Translations under genes and position numbers: made by a program | DNA from: a virus | Lineage: Duplodnaviria; Heunggongvirae; Uroviricota; Caudoviricetes | IMG/VR virus record: IMGVR_UViG_3300028591_008384 | Strand: one strand, 5' to 3' | Length of the DNA stretch: 52,368 nucleotides | Notes under the pieces: model-generated | Databases searched by the model: none | What the model saw: only the letters and a program-made list of their open reading frames with translations | Told to the model about the DNA's origin: nothing | In this document: positions 51,059 through 52,368 of the stretch, one piece after another | Numbering within the stretch: position 1 is the stretch's first letter | Layout of the letters: the number at the start of each line of letters is the position of its first letter

Positions 51059-51340
51059 CTACGTGGTCTTCTCCCTGTTTCCTGAGTATATTGTGCCTGC
51101 CACACTACAAAGAGGGGTCCAGTAACCATTATAGTAAGTGGCAACGCCCAGGATTTCGTAATACTCTATACCACGGTTCGCTATACACTTGTGATACAGC
51201 GTTTTGCAAAGGTCATCGTAGTCGATTGCATCAATCTCGGTGGTGAATTCCACCTTGCATGGAGTATAGTTATTTTCAGGGTGCAGCTCCTCGGTCACCC
51301 GATAATGTACCTTGTAATGGGTCAACATGTAACTAGGCAT
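51059..51340 (-). CDS. hypothetical protein
   Basis: 93 aa ORF. Confidence 0.75.
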   Translation of the reverse strand: MPSYMLTHYKVHYRVTEELHPENNYTPCKVEFTTEIDAIDYDDLCKTLYHKCIANRGIEYYEILGVATYYNGYWTPLCSVAGTIYSGNREKTT

Positions 51341-51630
51341 CAGTCTTCACTCCACCACTTTCCGGGCTTGATGCCGGCGAGTTCAATGAGTGCCTTCATT
51401 TCGGCAACAGTGTCCGCCGTCGCTACGATGGAACAAAATCCGCCATCAAAAAACTCCATTCGCGACATGATATCCTCATACTCCGCGTACTGAAGTTTCG
51501 CATCGCCTACCCTCTTTTTCCAGCATTCGCTGTTCAGCACATCCTGGGGAGTGGCACACTTGGTTTCACAGAATTCGGATTCGTCATCAGGGAAGGCGAA
51601 GCCGGGGAAGTATTTGCGTATCGTAATCAT
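51340..51630 (-). CDS. hypothetical protein (probable leaderless mRNA)
   Basis: 96 aa, ATG 6 nt after -10. Confidence 0.8.
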   Translation of the reverse strand: MITIRKYFPGFAFPDDESEFCETKCATPQDVLNSECWKKRVGDAKLQYAEYEDIMSRMEFFDGGFCSIVATADTVAEMKALIELAGIKPGKWWSED

Positions 51631-51636
51631 GCCCGA

Positions 51637-51665
51637 AATGTAGCAAAACTGGCACCGTCCGGCAA
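51637..51665 (-). promoter_or_regulatory. sigma70-like early promoter
   Basis: TTGCCG-N17-TACATT. Confidence 0.85.
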
Positions 51666-51694
51666 CCGGTGAACCGCCCGCTAAGAATTATTGA

Positions 51695-51731
51695 AATATA
51701 GCAAAAAATGCACCGGCACAGGGCCGGTGCA
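51695..51731 (-). terminator. intrinsic terminator whose U-tract runs into an extended -10
   Basis: TGCACCGGC-CCTGT-GCCGGTGCA-TTTTTT-GCTATATT. Confidence 0.8.
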
Positions 51732-51815
51732 CGCCAATTTTCTATTGGGTCAGTCGTCACAATCGACTATGCGCTGTAAAATACAGGTCAATCCATTGTG
51801 CGTGGCAACCATCAA

Positions 51816-52368
51816 TCACTGTTTATCGTATGCAGATGAGTCCATCTGCCGGCAGAACTTGTCTAACGCAGTGACACATGCGGTTTCAATCTTGGCCAAG
51901 CCGTCATTGACAGCCGATGTTATTCTACTTTCGAACATTTCGGTAAACGCTTTCGACCATCCGTTCGGTTGGAACCGGTCTCTTTCCTGTCTCAACGCTT
52001 CCTCGAGCTGCCTAATTCTGTTTGCTTGCCAATCCATATACTTGTCAGCTTCGAGTCTGGAATATACAGAATGTTCCACGGTCGGCTCCTTTGCCTCTAC
52101 AGGTGTATGGTCAATGAATGATACCGGGCGTTCCGGTTGTGCTTCTGTACAGCGGGTAGAAGTATTCTCGGTCATGTTCTTTGTTAGTTCGCATGGCTTC
52201 AAATATAGCAAGCCATCCCTCGTTGGGGCAGCTAGGTCGATGCTCTGGCCCCATTCGCATTCCGGTATTGCATAGTACGGAACGTCTTTAAGAGTCATAT
52301 CAGGGGTAATTGTATATTTTACAATCAACGCCTTCTCCGGGATATACGGAGTACCGTCAGCATTCTTG
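51816..52368 (-). CDS. hypothetical protein, 5' truncated by the window edge
   Basis: frame open to the window end (KNADGTPYIPEKALIVKY...). Confidence 0.75.
   Translation of the reverse strand, partial: KNADGTPYIPEKALIVKYTITPDMTLKDVPYYAIPECEWGQSIDLAAPTRDGLLYLKPCELTKNMTENTSTRCTEAQPERPVSFIDHTPVEAKEPTVEHSVYSRLEADKYMDWQANRIRQLEEALRQERDRFQPNGWSKAFTEMFESRITSAVNDGLAKIETACVTALDKFCRQMDSSAYDKQ

Noticed and set aside
1-52368. Stop-codon recoding (alternative genetic code)
   Set aside because: TAG, TAA and TGA all end well-supported genes, coding density is high in code 11, and no suppressor tRNA was found.

Overview
This is a 52 kb segment of a large (jumbo-type) dsDNA bacteriophage genome. The likely host is Fibrobacter-like, inferred from a FISUMP domain, the HU protein and GC-rich codon usage. 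It holds about 95 tightly packed, mostly minus-strand small genes in the standard genetic code. About 16 sigma70-like early promoters drive them (TTGCC[A/G]-N17-TA[C/T]ATT with extended TG), and 11 of these promoters sit exactly 6 nt before an ATG, implying leaderless mRNAs. A few plus-strand genes follow a T4-like late motif (TATAAAC). Recognisable proteins: M14/AstE-like hydrolase, MoxR-type AAA+ ATPase with a VWA partner, HU/IHF, PQ-loop membrane protein, CoaD, amidase endolysin, SLOG protein, DUF1848-like protein, FISUMP protein, glycosyltransferase, TnpB in an IS200/IS605-type insertion, adenine DNA methyltransferase and a radical SAM protein. The most striking part is a 5.3 kb, almost wall-to-wall non-coding RNA island at 13.05-18.35 kb. 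It contains 6 tRNAs, a tmRNA, a 183-nt 6S-like rod, three tRNA bodies whose anticodon is replaced by a GCAA-capped hairpin, a Y-RNA-like tRNA mimic, and several 100-700 nt highly structured RNAs I cannot assign. A second orphan structured RNA of about 300 nt has its own promoter at 32.6 kb. All RNA folds were read by eye, and no database searches were run.
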